A stretch of DNA of 64,000 bases from a virus, in the IMG/VR virus record IMGVR_UViG_3300025133_009393; one strand, written 5' to 3'. The translations under genes and the position numbers were made by a program. The notes under the pieces are model-generated. The model worked only from the letters and a program-made list of their open reading frames with translations. It was not told the origin of the DNA and searched no databases. The first letter of the stretch is position 1. Each line of letters begins with the position of its first letter. Shown one piece after another: positions 12,101 to 20,146 of the stretch.

Positions 12101-13678
12101 TCCATGCTCGGCACAATATTGTTTATGATCATGAAGCTTTGCCTTGCTTATATCACCTTCGAAGGGTATGCTATCTATGAAAGCTCGGCTGACCGCAACA
12201 AAAACGTGGCGGCGGCCGTCTCTGGGGTCTATATAGACACCAAAAGAGTCCGGAAACCTCTCCGTCTGATATCGGCCAGCGACGTTTGCCGCGGCTGTAG
12301 CCATAGCCCCCGGGGGTGGATTCGGTACAAAAGCTATATCGTTAGATATCGGAGCTTCGGTTGGTGGGGGCTTGGGATCCAGCAAAGATATTTTTTCCAT
12401 CAACGCGGCGCGCGTATTCAGGCCGGCTGATTCCAAATTTTTTCTAAAAAACTTAACTACTTTTTCTACGCCATCTGCTCTTTGTTCAAGATAGCCCGGG
12501 CTTGGTAGAAGACGAACTACTTTTACACACCAAAAATCCTCTCCAAGTAAGCCTGGATCAGGAATTGGAAGATTCGGATCTTTTTCAAGCCAAGCCAAAG
12601 GATAGCGACGTATCTGAACCAGGCGTGTTTGCCACCTCCGTAAGCCCCATTGCCCTTTTTTTGGCAGCGGTATATCTTGAAGTACGGAAGGGATAGCAAT
12701 GTTTGGATTTCGTTTTACTCTTTCATAGCCATGAAAATTTAACTGATACTCGCGAGTTTGAATAATGTCCAAGCCATGTTGTGGCGCCTTCGGGTGTGGA
12801 ATTTGATCTAACTTAGAATCCCAACGCTCTCCTTTGATATAAGGGCCGGGCTTATTCGGGCCTAGGCCTACGTAGTACGTTGTAAAGGTCTTCAGTCTGC
12901 ACAACATAGGGGCACAATCGTCCATCTTTTTGTACCAATTGAAGCCTTTGTTTTTGCTCATCGAGTCAGCAATCGAGGCTGGTGTCCAGGTATAGTTTTT
13001 TGGTGGCTGTGAAGGGAATGGCAGCGGATGCCATGGTGGCTTGGCCGGATCGGTTTCGGGGGCCGCCCCTTCCAAAACAGGTGGGAGATCATCTAAAAGC
13101 TTGACTAGTGTTTCGCGGAAATTAGCTTCATCAATATTGAAACTAGCCTCATATCGAAAAGAATATCCATCCAAATCTCCGTGCGTTTCAGCGGGATTAA
13201 TAGAGTCAGCAAAAGGAAAGTCTGCACCTATGGTGAAATCCTTAATCTGAGAAAACCAGTCTATAATAAAACTCGGAGGCGGATCAGGATGAGGGTTCAC
13301 ATCCGGATCAGATGTACCCCAAAATTTAGGCCAGTCACTATGAGTGCCGGTACCAATGACCCATCTAAAATCTATCATCTTTGTGAGTTTTTTGGAATAT
13401 TGTATAGCAGAAGCATGAGAAACCGGGTCGCCGTCGTCTATACCTACAGACTCTCTCCATACTCTAAATTTTTCACTATCTTTAGTAAAGAATTCATAGA
13501 AAGTCTTCTTAACTGTAAATTCAGATGACTTTATTATTTGCTGAAGTGAATCCTCTGAAATTTCTAAAGTCCAGCCGCCGGTATCATGATACTCTTTCCA
13601 AAAATTCTTCTTCGTAGAAACTCCTGAAATATTATATTGAATATTCGAAGGCGATTTTAATGTTATAACTGTTCCCAT
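3185..13678 (-). CDS. Giant 3497-aa protein, probably baseplate/tail-associated
   Basis: Uninterrupted ORF between gp25 and the spike/gp5-like genes. Has a C-terminal coiled coil and a Pro-rich/hydrophobic end. No family recognised. Confidence 0.6.
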   Translation of the reverse strand: MGTVITLKSPSNIQYNISGVSTKKNFWKEYHDTGGWTLEISEDSLQQIIKSSEFTVKKTFYEFFTKDSEKFRVWRESVGIDDGDPVSHASAIQYSKKLTKMIDFRWVIGTGTHSDWPKFWGTSDPDVNPHPDPPPSFIIDWFSQIKDFTIGADFPFADSINPAETHGDLDGYSFRYEASFNIDEANFRETLVKLLDDLPPVLEGAAPETDPAKPPWHPLPFPSQPPKNYTWTPASIADSMSKNKGFNWYKKMDDCAPMLCRLKTFTTYYVGLGPNKPGPYIKGERWDSKLDQIPHPKAPQHGLDIIQTREYQLNFHGYERVKRNPNIAIPSVLQDIPLPKKGQWGLRRWQTRLVQIRRYPLAWLEKDPNLPIPDPGLLGEDFWCVKVVRLLPSPGYLEQRADGVEKVVKFFRKNLESAGLNTRAALMEKISLLDPKPPPTEAPISNDIAFVPNPPPGAMATAAANVAGRYQTERFPDSFGVYIDPRDGRRHVFVAVSRAFIDSIPFEGDISKAKLHDHKQYCAEHGGCFNTFFDLGASSFSTTMKKIASILRRYDKKVKDFERRGGVIHHLDLAHEARQLESLNDIVDEFLKYPGQGYEPEGFPEGIKTPRAYMEFQCAQDNMLISQVSFGAKTTALSICHVGLECLRNKISPRTLHLVSLYKEIYAYDTKKKGNTDEWIEFVNGVIYPAVKIYPNGSGMTASDYEAVQGKEKKDKERLDELYQKSILTEKEYHEQQELEKTVAIRKSRTQAYLAASKERDSDSDPIYEPSWLESEEWKTFEDIYMKLFNQVDMKHVWAQILKCLSHLAGIPLTGEALCEYLFRELLKAIGVDEMRLVLSASGAVTMGTIDGLTTSAFGGTPEEIFTGESTNSNSVIQQGLHDVEAIASSAAGAQSEMQSQVESDYVADPFGVVIGEAVEAGTGMSPAEYTAAQSGVPGDDSGNVAEFMADTAVVAEDVDAFIQELKQFFDFKQICTDITQTMLDLPGDFLEDPTAVFEDLTTPEGSFDWQFLMDFVPDLPTIPKFTFPKYKKITSSNGDLVEIYEDMLWEITAGIVSGLVEGAMSELMNACLTEPGPGPSVGSGEYGVLENRFPAFVSEAAGPALREAYEAYDLPTDNSARFMKNVARMLTGRELCNLFNGVSPQSILMLIRSLIERDYQEYLPALSTLPDIRMFFTHVGSYIDLDVCEEYQEYVPYIEDLCEDFDSLAGKRAALLSHGFSDEEIESQLKNELDGNLEKIKDLMSLLRQDPSELLRNKLPTLRCEDLIPGGVAPSIARANKMVLDTIFGIIKNIFRKEASSIKAIISPDPAREAAVMADMAAVLGSMDEWVASAPDYKKYPAPKFTTDPGLDQLGAVAPGRGPMITRQKESKSFVFADKGRGWKITDDRHIEGAQRGKPNDAPEFLYIDGKYVFNHTPAVLIREDDWWQQWMDNWPSGRKRYYAVILKRPLTFQYETDYEEKNVHYEKSGKTIVDFAYEDYVMAFCYDKTGRHPGGFNEKNGSGLVSLADKQTLKRLMDEQGTYQIAGSPLPRGYPTSPIDFGEGGNTDDDGYKNWCRYHARGHDLEPGLPHRSCTTLIPLQELRDRGLTFELPQQDPAALMKAEPPLKPFQRLYDSLSDRSALKRESAPDVRYVPGHHVPITGEEEVWIGGYWSYGELSKDDEAEADAMTRSELAIEAKEVATSSQSKLVWVPGHYKQPAHWVKGEWIYDDKDSTVKHILTVPRSEAQSQLLTAVNGPTSTAGSYGTDPSHKDPTTMKPEFFEMIRDYDPGAEKAMRQAFSLALTGRPDETYEEVSGITSKATSKLMDRVNQSSLEVSYEVIESDIDASGKSSDAFRINVDNSGLKLIDELETKDWSQASLNAMEASGIDITKQPRSVADLFGKLTVAQFTRRLPWKSNPSSDADPNFAVKDFSLTQQSEEKISAVFANHIHPFETERIVHKMRERTLVSPFFSVKFIDKFIRKLFLTSYSDICEFNDGTVAERLLGLEPLREQIDNRLREVLCRQPLLISEEDKKIMQQDAMYLEAVEGSKDQALGLEPIEEASLDGLLQMRLRLSAMQILFEYLPVATTFDVRPAMHKQYFRSLAINRVMNQLKSESPEYYELIGARCSSILLDELADGRGITQHPNKSYHKHTYEIDKNGDGWAVEIVSPGADPQGFGRPHKHRIKNYVLHKPIYTVGLDDGKNYNHKHELEEDHKRWPAHKAIERIFERQYSVMVATMNRLLDDLGHSHLRIKNYHDFVDNLIIAPFASGLNTNQLYAVGRPAAHQFGIAGPTEHPDYGLYINSKSPDNNLVEYTNDWNKGAAQKTKNGGALVANHSANAYPSNLFKMSVSNQEKLLRDGGFILQPYLWVQHRNAAGDPQTPGQHSKIYNTAFNKTYPMPQPTDTLGNPMAIDVPDLATLDPFIQVFEDKDRPYEKLDEAGVSSIDFWGEVFEKIAGPFDYLYDVVMETPLGHRRPFGWNIAHGHVPEVGAHAAKDADKYQEMLQKVDDLFDIIYSFDCMRPCQGIFRYKDDISASRDVAVNKITKSKSTPWKVLTVDVPAPDVPPAGTMLDYATLETQTSAGLKNLVGFRKLGPAFPFASPNHNAGHTIDGLPRLVHDVYESYVKDKASPNIGYEFLHEDGEPLDLHMNEDGTMDVQTTDYGFFPVSNPNYTGIITLEAVHKQYLRYRKAYKLSFLESSAVDLYMEEDDPQFKENQIKLEAAVKNAEHAAYSRLVDLKNKFIRLSAMNTTLHLGLTGVEAKARAHIDVHMTVGETPMDAGQLYNMSDEYYDFNPQYDRLVYNPKYPPGYVMTAEGAKETWTGGNNPVGLESDPLVMVAGGPTVANTDKYVKLHTTSDRRVFGWSHVLENANLIMIDSAFGQLADEHGWHNAETHFSEILEQGMAYPRISLEYGQGGRGSYNYGGMIPSTTEAGAYFEEVSEWEKQNAGSPLNSHSTGPDDFHAGGNYRPGYKYSFWSGEYDSITVPKTGHVNATTLQYFKQYFICMKYGLRLMYVPPADKYGGGRHQGETKEHEDYRAEITKGLSDAMDMLYSDAKKAQDAGSVGTKGIMNSFELMMAKQKAFDLNEYRDRIEYYETSGGTEDGLEHRSLRVHPIPFADALIDVEEIYCTGAPLEFGAFRPPDVGGRGTLAASYAKAVPELMNQLRKTPEYNLLFNHIFPYDRLLSFMCLHAGLSNQDLRMENRFKATREIILDFVMGLIEEGEFELPYSMRPYGSIANYQIGTDAQSTSSHNTPWGDIALKMLYTTPRLILKGVVTLTDPCVSTAITINDLIMTIVNTSIMIAEEVRSGIIASVGLVLSELKTQLEKAESAVGTDDKPGMMEIAIDTTELSIDKLQKEANKQQPPDPSVQFELEQKQQEVAELKAEYEKIKATVQGIKDGIQSAEDALEEAEVEMREAIDEVKKVVEAISPFMVPAISFAQFPVNLPYGFLFPPPPFGWGVGPPMTLFGFIYCLLLITEGLFDAFDQEKEELAQELLEGVDPCAHVPTS

Positions 13679-13691
13679 ATCTTATTCTCTT

Positions 13692-14729
13692 TTAGTTTGT
13701 CATATTCCATTTGCTCAAGCTTGGCCACATGCCGCTGGCCACGACTTTTTTGTATTCTTCTGAAGTGATCGTCCGGACCCCGGTCTTAGTTTTCTCTAGT
13801 TCAACTCTTCCTAAACCCCAATCTATTTTCAAGGTTTTTAAAAAGCGCTGAAAGTTAAGAATTTCAGTCTTTTGCTCTTTGATAACATCTATCATTTTTT
13901 GAGGCAAACTTTTAACCCCCTCTGGCGAGGGAGTGGTTTTTCCAAAATAAAACGGCGAATGATGCTCGTGGAGCGCAATAACTTCCCATACTTTCAGCGC
14001 GTGTTCCATATAACGATCGTACATCTTTGTTGAGTCAATTATCTGATCTATAATTACGCTAAGCAGCATATTTAAATTAAGACCTTTTACTAGCGGCTGA
14101 ATTGGGTAGTCCTCGTCAGTATCCCTTTGTGGATTTTCAGATTGATTGCCGGCTATAAGATGAATTCCGCCAACAGATTGTATTTTTCCGTTTTTTGGGC
14201 CGCGCGAATCATAAGGATCAGTATAAGTAACTAATTTTATAGTTCGGCGGCCGACGATGCGTACATCATCAGCCTTGACAGCTACGGCAGATAACCCCTT
14301 TCCAGAGCGAAGTATTTTGCTTTTTATGTCTAAATAATCATCTATATTTGCTTTTTGACTAACATATATTCTGGCTGCGTCGCGACGAAAATCTGTGTTT
14401 GTATAGGTAGCAGATCCATTTTGATAGGCCTTTGTATATCTTCCGACAACGATATCAACAGCTCCGCATTGGGTGTGTGTGCGGCCGGCGTAGCCACTGG
14501 CTTTTGAGCCCGGGCGGTCGCGTCCGAGAACAATATAACAATTATTTGCATCACCTGAGCCTGGACACAGTTCTTCCCAATCAGCTTTAATAAACTTTGC
14601 TGAGCCATCGATGACATTACCTCGATCTAGATTCGCATCTATTCGATCCTCAACCGAGATTCTATCGTGTTTGTTTTTTATTTTTGGATCTAAATTATCT
14701 TGATCTAATGATTTTTTTCCGGTACTCAT
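13692..14729 (-). CDS. Putative baseplate central spike / gp5 C-terminal-like protein
   Basis: Beta-rich repeats (IVLGRDR, VDIVVGR, ARIYVSQK, VAVKADDVRIVGR), a HEHH motif near the C-terminus like the HxH metal site of spike tips, and position downstream of the gp5-like gene. Confidence 0.5.
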   Translation of the reverse strand: MSTGKKSLDQDNLDPKIKNKHDRISVEDRIDANLDRGNVIDGSAKFIKADWEELCPGSGDANNCYIVLGRDRPGSKASGYAGRTHTQCGAVDIVVGRYTKAYQNGSATYTNTDFRRDAARIYVSQKANIDDYLDIKSKILRSGKGLSAVAVKADDVRIVGRRTIKLVTYTDPYDSRGPKNGKIQSVGGIHLIAGNQSENPQRDTDEDYPIQPLVKGLNLNMLLSVIIDQIIDSTKMYDRYMEHALKVWEVIALHEHHSPFYFGKTTPSPEGVKSLPQKMIDVIKEQKTEILNFQRFLKTLKIDWGLGRVELEKTKTGVRTITSEEYKKVVASGMWPSLSKWNMTN

Positions 14730-14747
14730 TTAATTCCTTTTGTTTCT

Positions 14748-17270
14748 CTAAGCTTTAAATCTTTTTAATACTTCTATCCATGATATGTTTGATTTATTTC
14801 CTTTTGCTACCGTTTTATTGGCGCCGCCGGTGCCCATCCAAACGCATAGCATACTTGCCGGATGAGTTTTTTGCATTTCTATAACAGCCTCGACGTTGCC
14901 GTAGACTTTTCCTGTCTTAGGATTAAACCGGCCGGAGTCTATCACGGGAGCAAATTTGCGAGAAGCCTTACGAGCTTCTTTATGATGTATCTTAATCTTC
15001 TTTTTATAAGTCTTGGCAATTGTTGCATATACCATCGGAGCATAAAGATCAAACATTTGATTTAACTCTTTAGTTCTCGCCTTCAACACTCCGGATGACC
15101 ATTTCGACATGCATGTATTTGCAAGAGGAATCCCGGGAGCAGTAGCACGAAAAGCTCTTACAAATTCTGACATCCTGCCAACCACATCCGGATAAAAAGG
15201 CGATCCACTGGTGCCTAGCCACTGCTTCTCAGCATTAACCCAATGAAGCTTCGAGCCTAGTTTTAAGGCGCGTTGGGCCATTAAAACACCCTCTCTTGCT
15301 GCTTGTTCGTAGCTCGTACAATAACTATACGCCCAAGTATGAAGAGGGACATTTGCCCTGACAGAAAGATTCTTTATAATTGCACAATGTTCTGCGAAGC
15401 TCTTAGCGCCTCTGTAATTTTTTTCAAACTTCATCTCGCCGCAGCCGCTCTTCGCACACACAAAGCCAAAATGCTTGATATATTCCGGATTAATTGCATC
15501 TCCTGTCGCTCCGGTAGCATAATACATAAAACCAATGGGAGGGCCTGCGCCGCTTCGCTTAACAGCTGTTTTGAGAGCGCCTTTTAGGACAGGAGCATAC
15601 TTGTATGTTTTGCATGGAACACAATTGGGCGGCTTTGATTTGTTGAGCTTGTTTTCTAATTCTTTTATCGTTTCTTGTATTTTGTTTAATTCCTTTTTTA
15701 AGTCGTCTGGTGGATTTTCGCCAGCAGCCTTGATCTTTTCTTGTATTTCCGTTCTTTGTTTTTGAGCTGCAGCAAGACGTTGTTCGTCTGCCGCATTTGA
15801 ATTATCAGTTCCTGATTTTCCTTCTTTTTTGAAGACCTCTCCTCCCTCATCAAGAAGTTGGTCTTTGTTCTCCTTGGAAGCAGTTTTATCAGCCTCGGCG
15901 GAGGGTGACTTACTTTTTTCTGCAGGAGCTGGGGCTTCCTTGCCCGGGGCGGGTTTAACAGCTCTTGCTTTTGCCCCGAACCTTATTGCGATGTTAGCAA
16001 CATATTCTGTTGCACCTTTTTCATCCAAGTGTAAGCCATCATGATCTGTTTTTCTACCCATGTACTTGGGAAGATATTTTCCCCAATCTTTAATTGGATC
16101 AACATAATATAAAGTTTTGCCATAGCCCCACTGTGAAGATAGTGAGGAATTAAAATTTTTGTTGATCGTTGTTCGATAAGCAAATTTTCCTGGCTTTTTT
16201 ATTTGATGTAAATCATCGCCGGTGTACCTGCCGCCGGGTACAACCGGCGGGCAGCCGCATATTATAATTGCACCAGATTGAGTTGGGTTAGTCCAGCCGG
16301 CTTGTTGGCGTATTCTCTGTATTAATTTAACCATATCCGGAGCAGCTTGGGCCTGCCATGGCTCGCCCTTGTTATTACCACCCATACTAACAACAATTAA
16401 GGCCGGCTTATATTTTGCAATATATTCAGCAATACAACCCCACAACTCAGCTTTTGCTGGATTGGTTGCAACTTTACATTTAGATGCATCCGCAGAAAGC
16501 CATGGATCAACTCTTGCTCCGGAGCGGTGGACGCGTTTGGTTTTCCACCCAGAACTCTTGAAATATGCTTCCAATGTTTTACCAAAATATCCGGCTATTT
16601 GGCTATCTCCAAAAACAAGACATCTATTGTTTCCCGTCTTCGGAACTAATGAACCTTTTGCGATTGGGAACGTACTTGTATCAATGGGCGAGCCGCCGCC
16701 TTTCCCATAACTCAAGCACCCCTTAATACATTTTTCAGCACCCTGTTTTGCAGACATAGCAGCCCTCGCGGCGGCGGCTGCGTCGAGCATGCCAAGCGGC
16801 GGTGCAATAACTGGTCCTAAATATATTGGACCGGTCCAATTTTGTTTATTTTGATAATCAACCCACACCAATTCTCCAATTTTTGGCTCTGGTACATTGT
16901 TATCTTTGGCCGTAAAAGTTGGATGCATATCAATAATATTATGATCATCCGAATGTGCCGGCTCCATAACCGGCGAATGAACTTCTGGGATTCTTGCTTT
17001 TATCTGTACCCGAACTGACAAGCCGGCTCCAACGTCAGTTTTAGATATATCTGCAAAATTATTAGGCTCTGGGGCTCCAGCTTCAATACGCAGTACATAT
17101 GCCAAAAAAGGACCAGTATTGTTAAATAAATCGGCCCTATAAGCCTTGTTGTGGCTCCAATTCGCACCTCGAAGCCAATCGCTTTCTTTGGAGTCCATTC
17201 GATCTCCAGAAGATGGCATCTCTATCGGGTTTAAATCACCCCAAGCATATTTTTTAAAGGGAACTCCCAT
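14748..17270 (-). CDS. gp5-like hub protein: OB-fold, SGNH/GDSL esterase and GH25-like TIM-barrel
   Basis: N-terminal IKARIPE...PKIGELVWVDY (gp5 OB-fold-like). SGNH blocks VFGDSQ, GGNN and DGLH. C-terminal GFVCAKSG...HTWAYSY...WVNAE resembles GH25/DUF1906 muramidase-like barrels. Confidence 0.65.
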   Translation of the reverse strand: MGVPFKKYAWGDLNPIEMPSSGDRMDSKESDWLRGANWSHNKAYRADLFNNTGPFLAYVLRIEAGAPEPNNFADISKTDVGAGLSVRVQIKARIPEVHSPVMEPAHSDDHNIIDMHPTFTAKDNNVPEPKIGELVWVDYQNKQNWTGPIYLGPVIAPPLGMLDAAAAARAAMSAKQGAEKCIKGCLSYGKGGGSPIDTSTFPIAKGSLVPKTGNNRCLVFGDSQIAGYFGKTLEAYFKSSGWKTKRVHRSGARVDPWLSADASKCKVATNPAKAELWGCIAEYIAKYKPALIVVSMGGNNKGEPWQAQAAPDMVKLIQRIRQQAGWTNPTQSGAIIICGCPPVVPGGRYTGDDLHQIKKPGKFAYRTTINKNFNSSLSSQWGYGKTLYYVDPIKDWGKYLPKYMGRKTDHDGLHLDEKGATEYVANIAIRFGAKARAVKPAPGKEAPAPAEKSKSPSAEADKTASKENKDQLLDEGGEVFKKEGKSGTDNSNAADEQRLAAAQKQRTEIQEKIKAAGENPPDDLKKELNKIQETIKELENKLNKSKPPNCVPCKTYKYAPVLKGALKTAVKRSGAGPPIGFMYYATGATGDAINPEYIKHFGFVCAKSGCGEMKFEKNYRGAKSFAEHCAIIKNLSVRANVPLHTWAYSYCTSYEQAAREGVLMAQRALKLGSKLHWVNAEKQWLGTSGSPFYPDVVGRMSEFVRAFRATAPGIPLANTCMSKWSSGVLKARTKELNQMFDLYAPMVYATIAKTYKKKIKIHHKEARKASRKFAPVIDSGRFNPKTGKVYGNVEAVIEMQKTHPASMLCVWMGTGGANKTVAKGNKSNISWIEVLKRFKA

Positions 17271-17276
17271 TATAAA

Positions 17277-17573
17277 CTATTCCTGATTAATTAAATCAAA
17301 CAACTCTTCTTTATCTTTACTGGAAAGTCCTACCTCAACATTACTCTTTTTATGCATCAAGCCTGTGATTTTCACCAGTTGCTCATTTGATCTCTGTAGG
17401 GTCTCCAAATACTTAGCAGCAACCGGGCCAAAATATTGATGCTTAGAATCATCAGTTTTTATATGAATCATTAAGTCAGCCAACAACTTCATTGCCAATG
17501 CGCGGTCATGTTTGACATTCTGTATAGCGTCTACCATACATTCTTCTGTATCTAAATTTCGCCTTTTTCCCAT
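17277..17573 (-). CDS. Hypothetical protein
   Basis: 98-aa helical ORF packed in the operon. Confidence 0.7.
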   Translation of the reverse strand: MGKRRNLDTEECMVDAIQNVKHDRALAMKLLADLMIHIKTDDSKHQYFGPVAAKYLETLQRSNEQLVKITGLMHKKSNVEVGLSSKDKEELFDLINQE

Positions 17574-18253
17574 TTTTTTCTAAAAACCCTATATTTGATT
17601 CTCATCTTATTTAAGTTGTTAACAACTTGTTTTGTATTAAGACCAGTAATTTCCCTAATATATAGATAAATAGCTTTTTTATTAAAAATTTCTATTTCAT
17701 CTGATGTTTCAAAAAGAATTTTAATTGCTTCTAATACTTTGCGCTCGTTTTCTTTAAGTTTCATTTTTTCCCAACTTTGGATCTCACGCCAAAAATTGTT
17801 CCAAAATTCATATTGTTCGCGAGCATGGGCATATGAATTCTGTGTAGATAGATATTCGCATTCTAAATCGTTTGTCAGGTCATCAAAATGCACTTCTCTC
17901 TTCATACTTCTAGAATTTTTTTTAGTTTTATGAATAAACCAATTTTTTGTAATAACACTGAAGTATGAAAAAGCCTTCGAGCCCTTGCTGGGTTCAAACT
18001 TATCCAATATGGTAGTAAGCCATATCTTGCACTCTTCTTTCAAAACATCTATGTTTGGAAGATTAGTAAACTTATAAGTATATACAATCTTGTCAACCAT
18101 CTCATTAAAGGCCGGCTGAATCCACTTGATATATAATTCTGTTCTTATTTTATTGTCGCTAGTTCGAGCATATTTTACAATTGCATCTTCATGCGCTTGC
18201 GTAAAATAATCATTCTTGCTCTTCTTGCGACGTCTTCTCTTCTGCTTGATCAT
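17552..18253 (-). CDS. Phage RNA polymerase sigma-factor-like protein (possible late sigma)
   Basis: Sigma70 region-2-like LDKFEPSKGSKAFSYFSVITKNW and a C-terminal HTH-like segment. Start moved to MIKQK (18253) because the longer frame overlaps the upstream gene. Confidence 0.7.
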   Translation of the reverse strand: MIKQKRRRRKKSKNDYFTQAHEDAIVKYARTSDNKIRTELYIKWIQPAFNEMVDKIVYTYKFTNLPNIDVLKEECKIWLTTILDKFEPSKGSKAFSYFSVITKNWFIHKTKKNSRSMKREVHFDDLTNDLECEYLSTQNSYAHAREQYEFWNNFWREIQSWEKMKLKENERKVLEAIKILFETSDEIEIFNKKAIYLYIREITGLNTKQVVNNLNKMRIKYRVFRKKWEKGEI

Positions 18254-18593
18254 CGTTTTCCTCTTCTTCAAAGAAATATTTTTCTCTATAAAAATCCATC
18301 TCATTAATCAATTCACCCAAGTGGACGATCATGCCTTTGAGAGTTTCATCACCATAGAACATCTCCATTTCGTACAGCTGTTTAATATGATTTTCAAATT
18401 CTTCCATGTCTTGTAGTATATTAGAAAAATCCTCATTAATCTCGTTATAGTGGCTCAAAGTCTTTCCAATATACCACATCAATCCACATATTGCCAAGAT
18501 CGAAAGAAAAAGAAACAATTCAGTGTATCCAATAACATATCCTATTAATATAGCGTTTGCCAAAACTGACAATCCAATGCCTATTTTAATCAT
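18210..18593 (-). CDS. Membrane protein with coiled coil
   Basis: Two N-terminal hydrophobic segments followed by an acidic helical region. Confidence 0.65.
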   Translation of the reverse strand: MIKIGIGLSVLANAILIGYVIGYTELFLFLSILAICGLMWYIGKTLSHYNEINEDFSNILQDMEEFENHIKQLYEMEMFYGDETLKGMIVHLGELINEMDFYREKYFFEEEENDDQAEEKTSQEEQE

Positions 18594-18847
18594 TCGTACT
18601 CCTTCTCCTGAAAGGTTCTTTTCTCTTCTTTCAGATCCTGCTTGAACTCTTCTATTTTACTCTTAACAACGTCACCAACTTTGCCCGTGGCGGTGCTATC
18701 TTTTATATTTGCAACATAAAAAGAAGGTACCCTAAAAAGGGTTCCTTCTTCTTCGCACTTCTGACAGTCTTTTAGACGCTCAGAAATAGAATGAAAAGTC
18801 TCAAATTCATTTTCACATTCCCCACACCGGTAAATATACCTAGGCAT
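18590..18847 (-). CDS. FmdB-family zinc-ribbon protein
   Basis: MPRYIYRCGECENEFE...CQKC matches the MPxYxYxCxxC...CxxC pattern. Confidence 0.85.
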   Translation of the reverse strand: MPRYIYRCGECENEFETFHSISERLKDCQKCEEEGTLFRVPSFYVANIKDSTATGKVGDVVKSKIEEFKQDLKEEKRTFQEKEYE

Positions 18848-19028
18848 CGTCGCTAGCTTCTTCGTTTCCGAATTTGACTATTGGAGGATTCATAATATAA
18901 AGTTTAGAGTCTTCACTTACTTTGAATTCAAAACCTTTTAAAGTTGGAACAATATCACTTTGTTCTAATAATGATTTTTGAAGAGCCATCATTACTGCTC
19001 CTAACGCTTCGTCAGATAATTTTAACAT
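18840..19028 (-). CDS. Hypothetical protein
   Basis: 62-aa ORF with AGGAG RBS, overlapping the next start. Confidence 0.7.
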   Translation of the reverse strand: MLKLSDEALGAVMMALQKSLLEQSDIVPTLKGFEFKVSEDSKLYIMNPPIVKFGNEEASDDA

Positions 19029-19039
19029 TTATTTCTCCT

Positions 19040-19840
19040 TTAAATATTTTTTTTAGTTATTTTACAGGCAGCTTGTGCCGAATTAACAACATATGCTAAC
19101 CACTCATATTCAACTTCGTACTTTTCTACAAATTCTATGAAAGCCTTATATTCGTGTAACTTCCAAGCATTATAACCAATCAGTTCATCAAACATAATAA
19201 CAGTGCCAGGTATTATCTTGTGTTGTAGAGATTCAAGTACATCAACCGCAGAACTATATATATCACTATCGATGTGTAAGAGAGCGCAAGGCTTGTCATA
19301 ATCTTTGATAAATTTCGGAATTGTATCCTTAAACCATCCTTTTATAAACCTAGCACCATCAACTTGAGGTATTTTTCCCTCTGCTGACAGCCCTCCTTTT
19401 TTAGTACCCTCTCCTGTCCATTCTTCAGGCAAGCCTTCAAAAGAATCAAAGCCATAAAACAACTCTTTTGAATCCGGATACAGCTCTTTTTTCAAAGAAG
19501 TTAAATATCTAGCGCTTGTACCCTCAAACGTTCCAAATTCAGCCCACAATCCATCAATCTCTACTTTGGACAGACAATGTCTATAATAAGAAAATTCTCT
19601 TGCTAAAACATGCTCGGTGGCCTTGTTAGGCACTTTATGACGTGGATGCATTTTGTAAAATCTATAGCCTTGATTAAAAAGCTCTGGCAATTCTAATATG
19701 ACTTCTTGTTGAATTGGAGCAATTAAGTTAACCGAAATATTTCCTTCTAGGCCGTTTTCGTCGACCGCCGTCGTGGATCTTATAATTCCTTGCCTCTCTC
19801 TTAAAAGTAAGCTAAATTTTTCATCTGTTTGTATTGTCAC
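19040..19840 (-). CDS. TylF/MycF-like SAM-dependent O-methyltransferase
   Basis: AEFGTFEG, YGFDSFEGLPEEW, KGWFKDT, LHIDSDIYSS and FDE motifs. Confidence 0.85.
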   Translation of the reverse strand: MTIQTDEKFSLLLRERQGIIRSTTAVDENGLEGNISVNLIAPIQQEVILELPELFNQGYRFYKMHPRHKVPNKATEHVLAREFSYYRHCLSKVEIDGLWAEFGTFEGTSARYLTSLKKELYPDSKELFYGFDSFEGLPEEWTGEGTKKGGLSAEGKIPQVDGARFIKGWFKDTIPKFIKDYDKPCALLHIDSDIYSSAVDVLESLQHKIIPGTVIMFDELIGYNAWKLHEYKAFIEFVEKYEVEYEWLAYVVNSAQAACKITKKNI

Positions 19841-20142
19841 TATTTTTCCTTAAAAAATACTTCTGAATTTATATTTTTATCGTCTATAAAAAGATCGTAT
19901 GCCGGCTTACCTAGTTTTAGCTCATGGTATTTTACACCCCATTCACTAAATTGTTTTTCAGTAACTTCTCTCCAATCTAGGCCGGTACCTGTCCCTCTCG
20001 CGGTCCAATAAACAATTGTATTTCCATTATCGTACAATTCATTGATTTTGTTAATATGTTTTTGCATTGGCTTTGCAAGAGAATAATCTCTACTTTCGGG
20101 GGTGATACATATTGTTTCATCTATATCTACATATATAATCAT
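19840..20142 (-). CDS. Small HAD phosphatase (capsule biosynthesis EcbF/BcbF-like)
   Basis: YVDIDETI, WTARG and GKP..D..IDDK HAD motifs. Confidence 0.85.
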   Translation of the reverse strand: MIIYVDIDETICITPESRDYSLAKPMQKHINKINELYDNGNTIVYWTARGTGTGLDWREVTEKQFSEWGVKYHELKLGKPAYDLFIDDKNINSEVFFKEK

Positions 20143-20146
20143 TATT

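Noticed and set aside
309-16710. Many 60-200 aa ORFs overlapping the structural genes (e.g. 941..1339, 11828..12430)
   Set aside because: Shadow frames of long minus-strand genes with no RBS or family motifs. The same applies to similar overlaps across the window.
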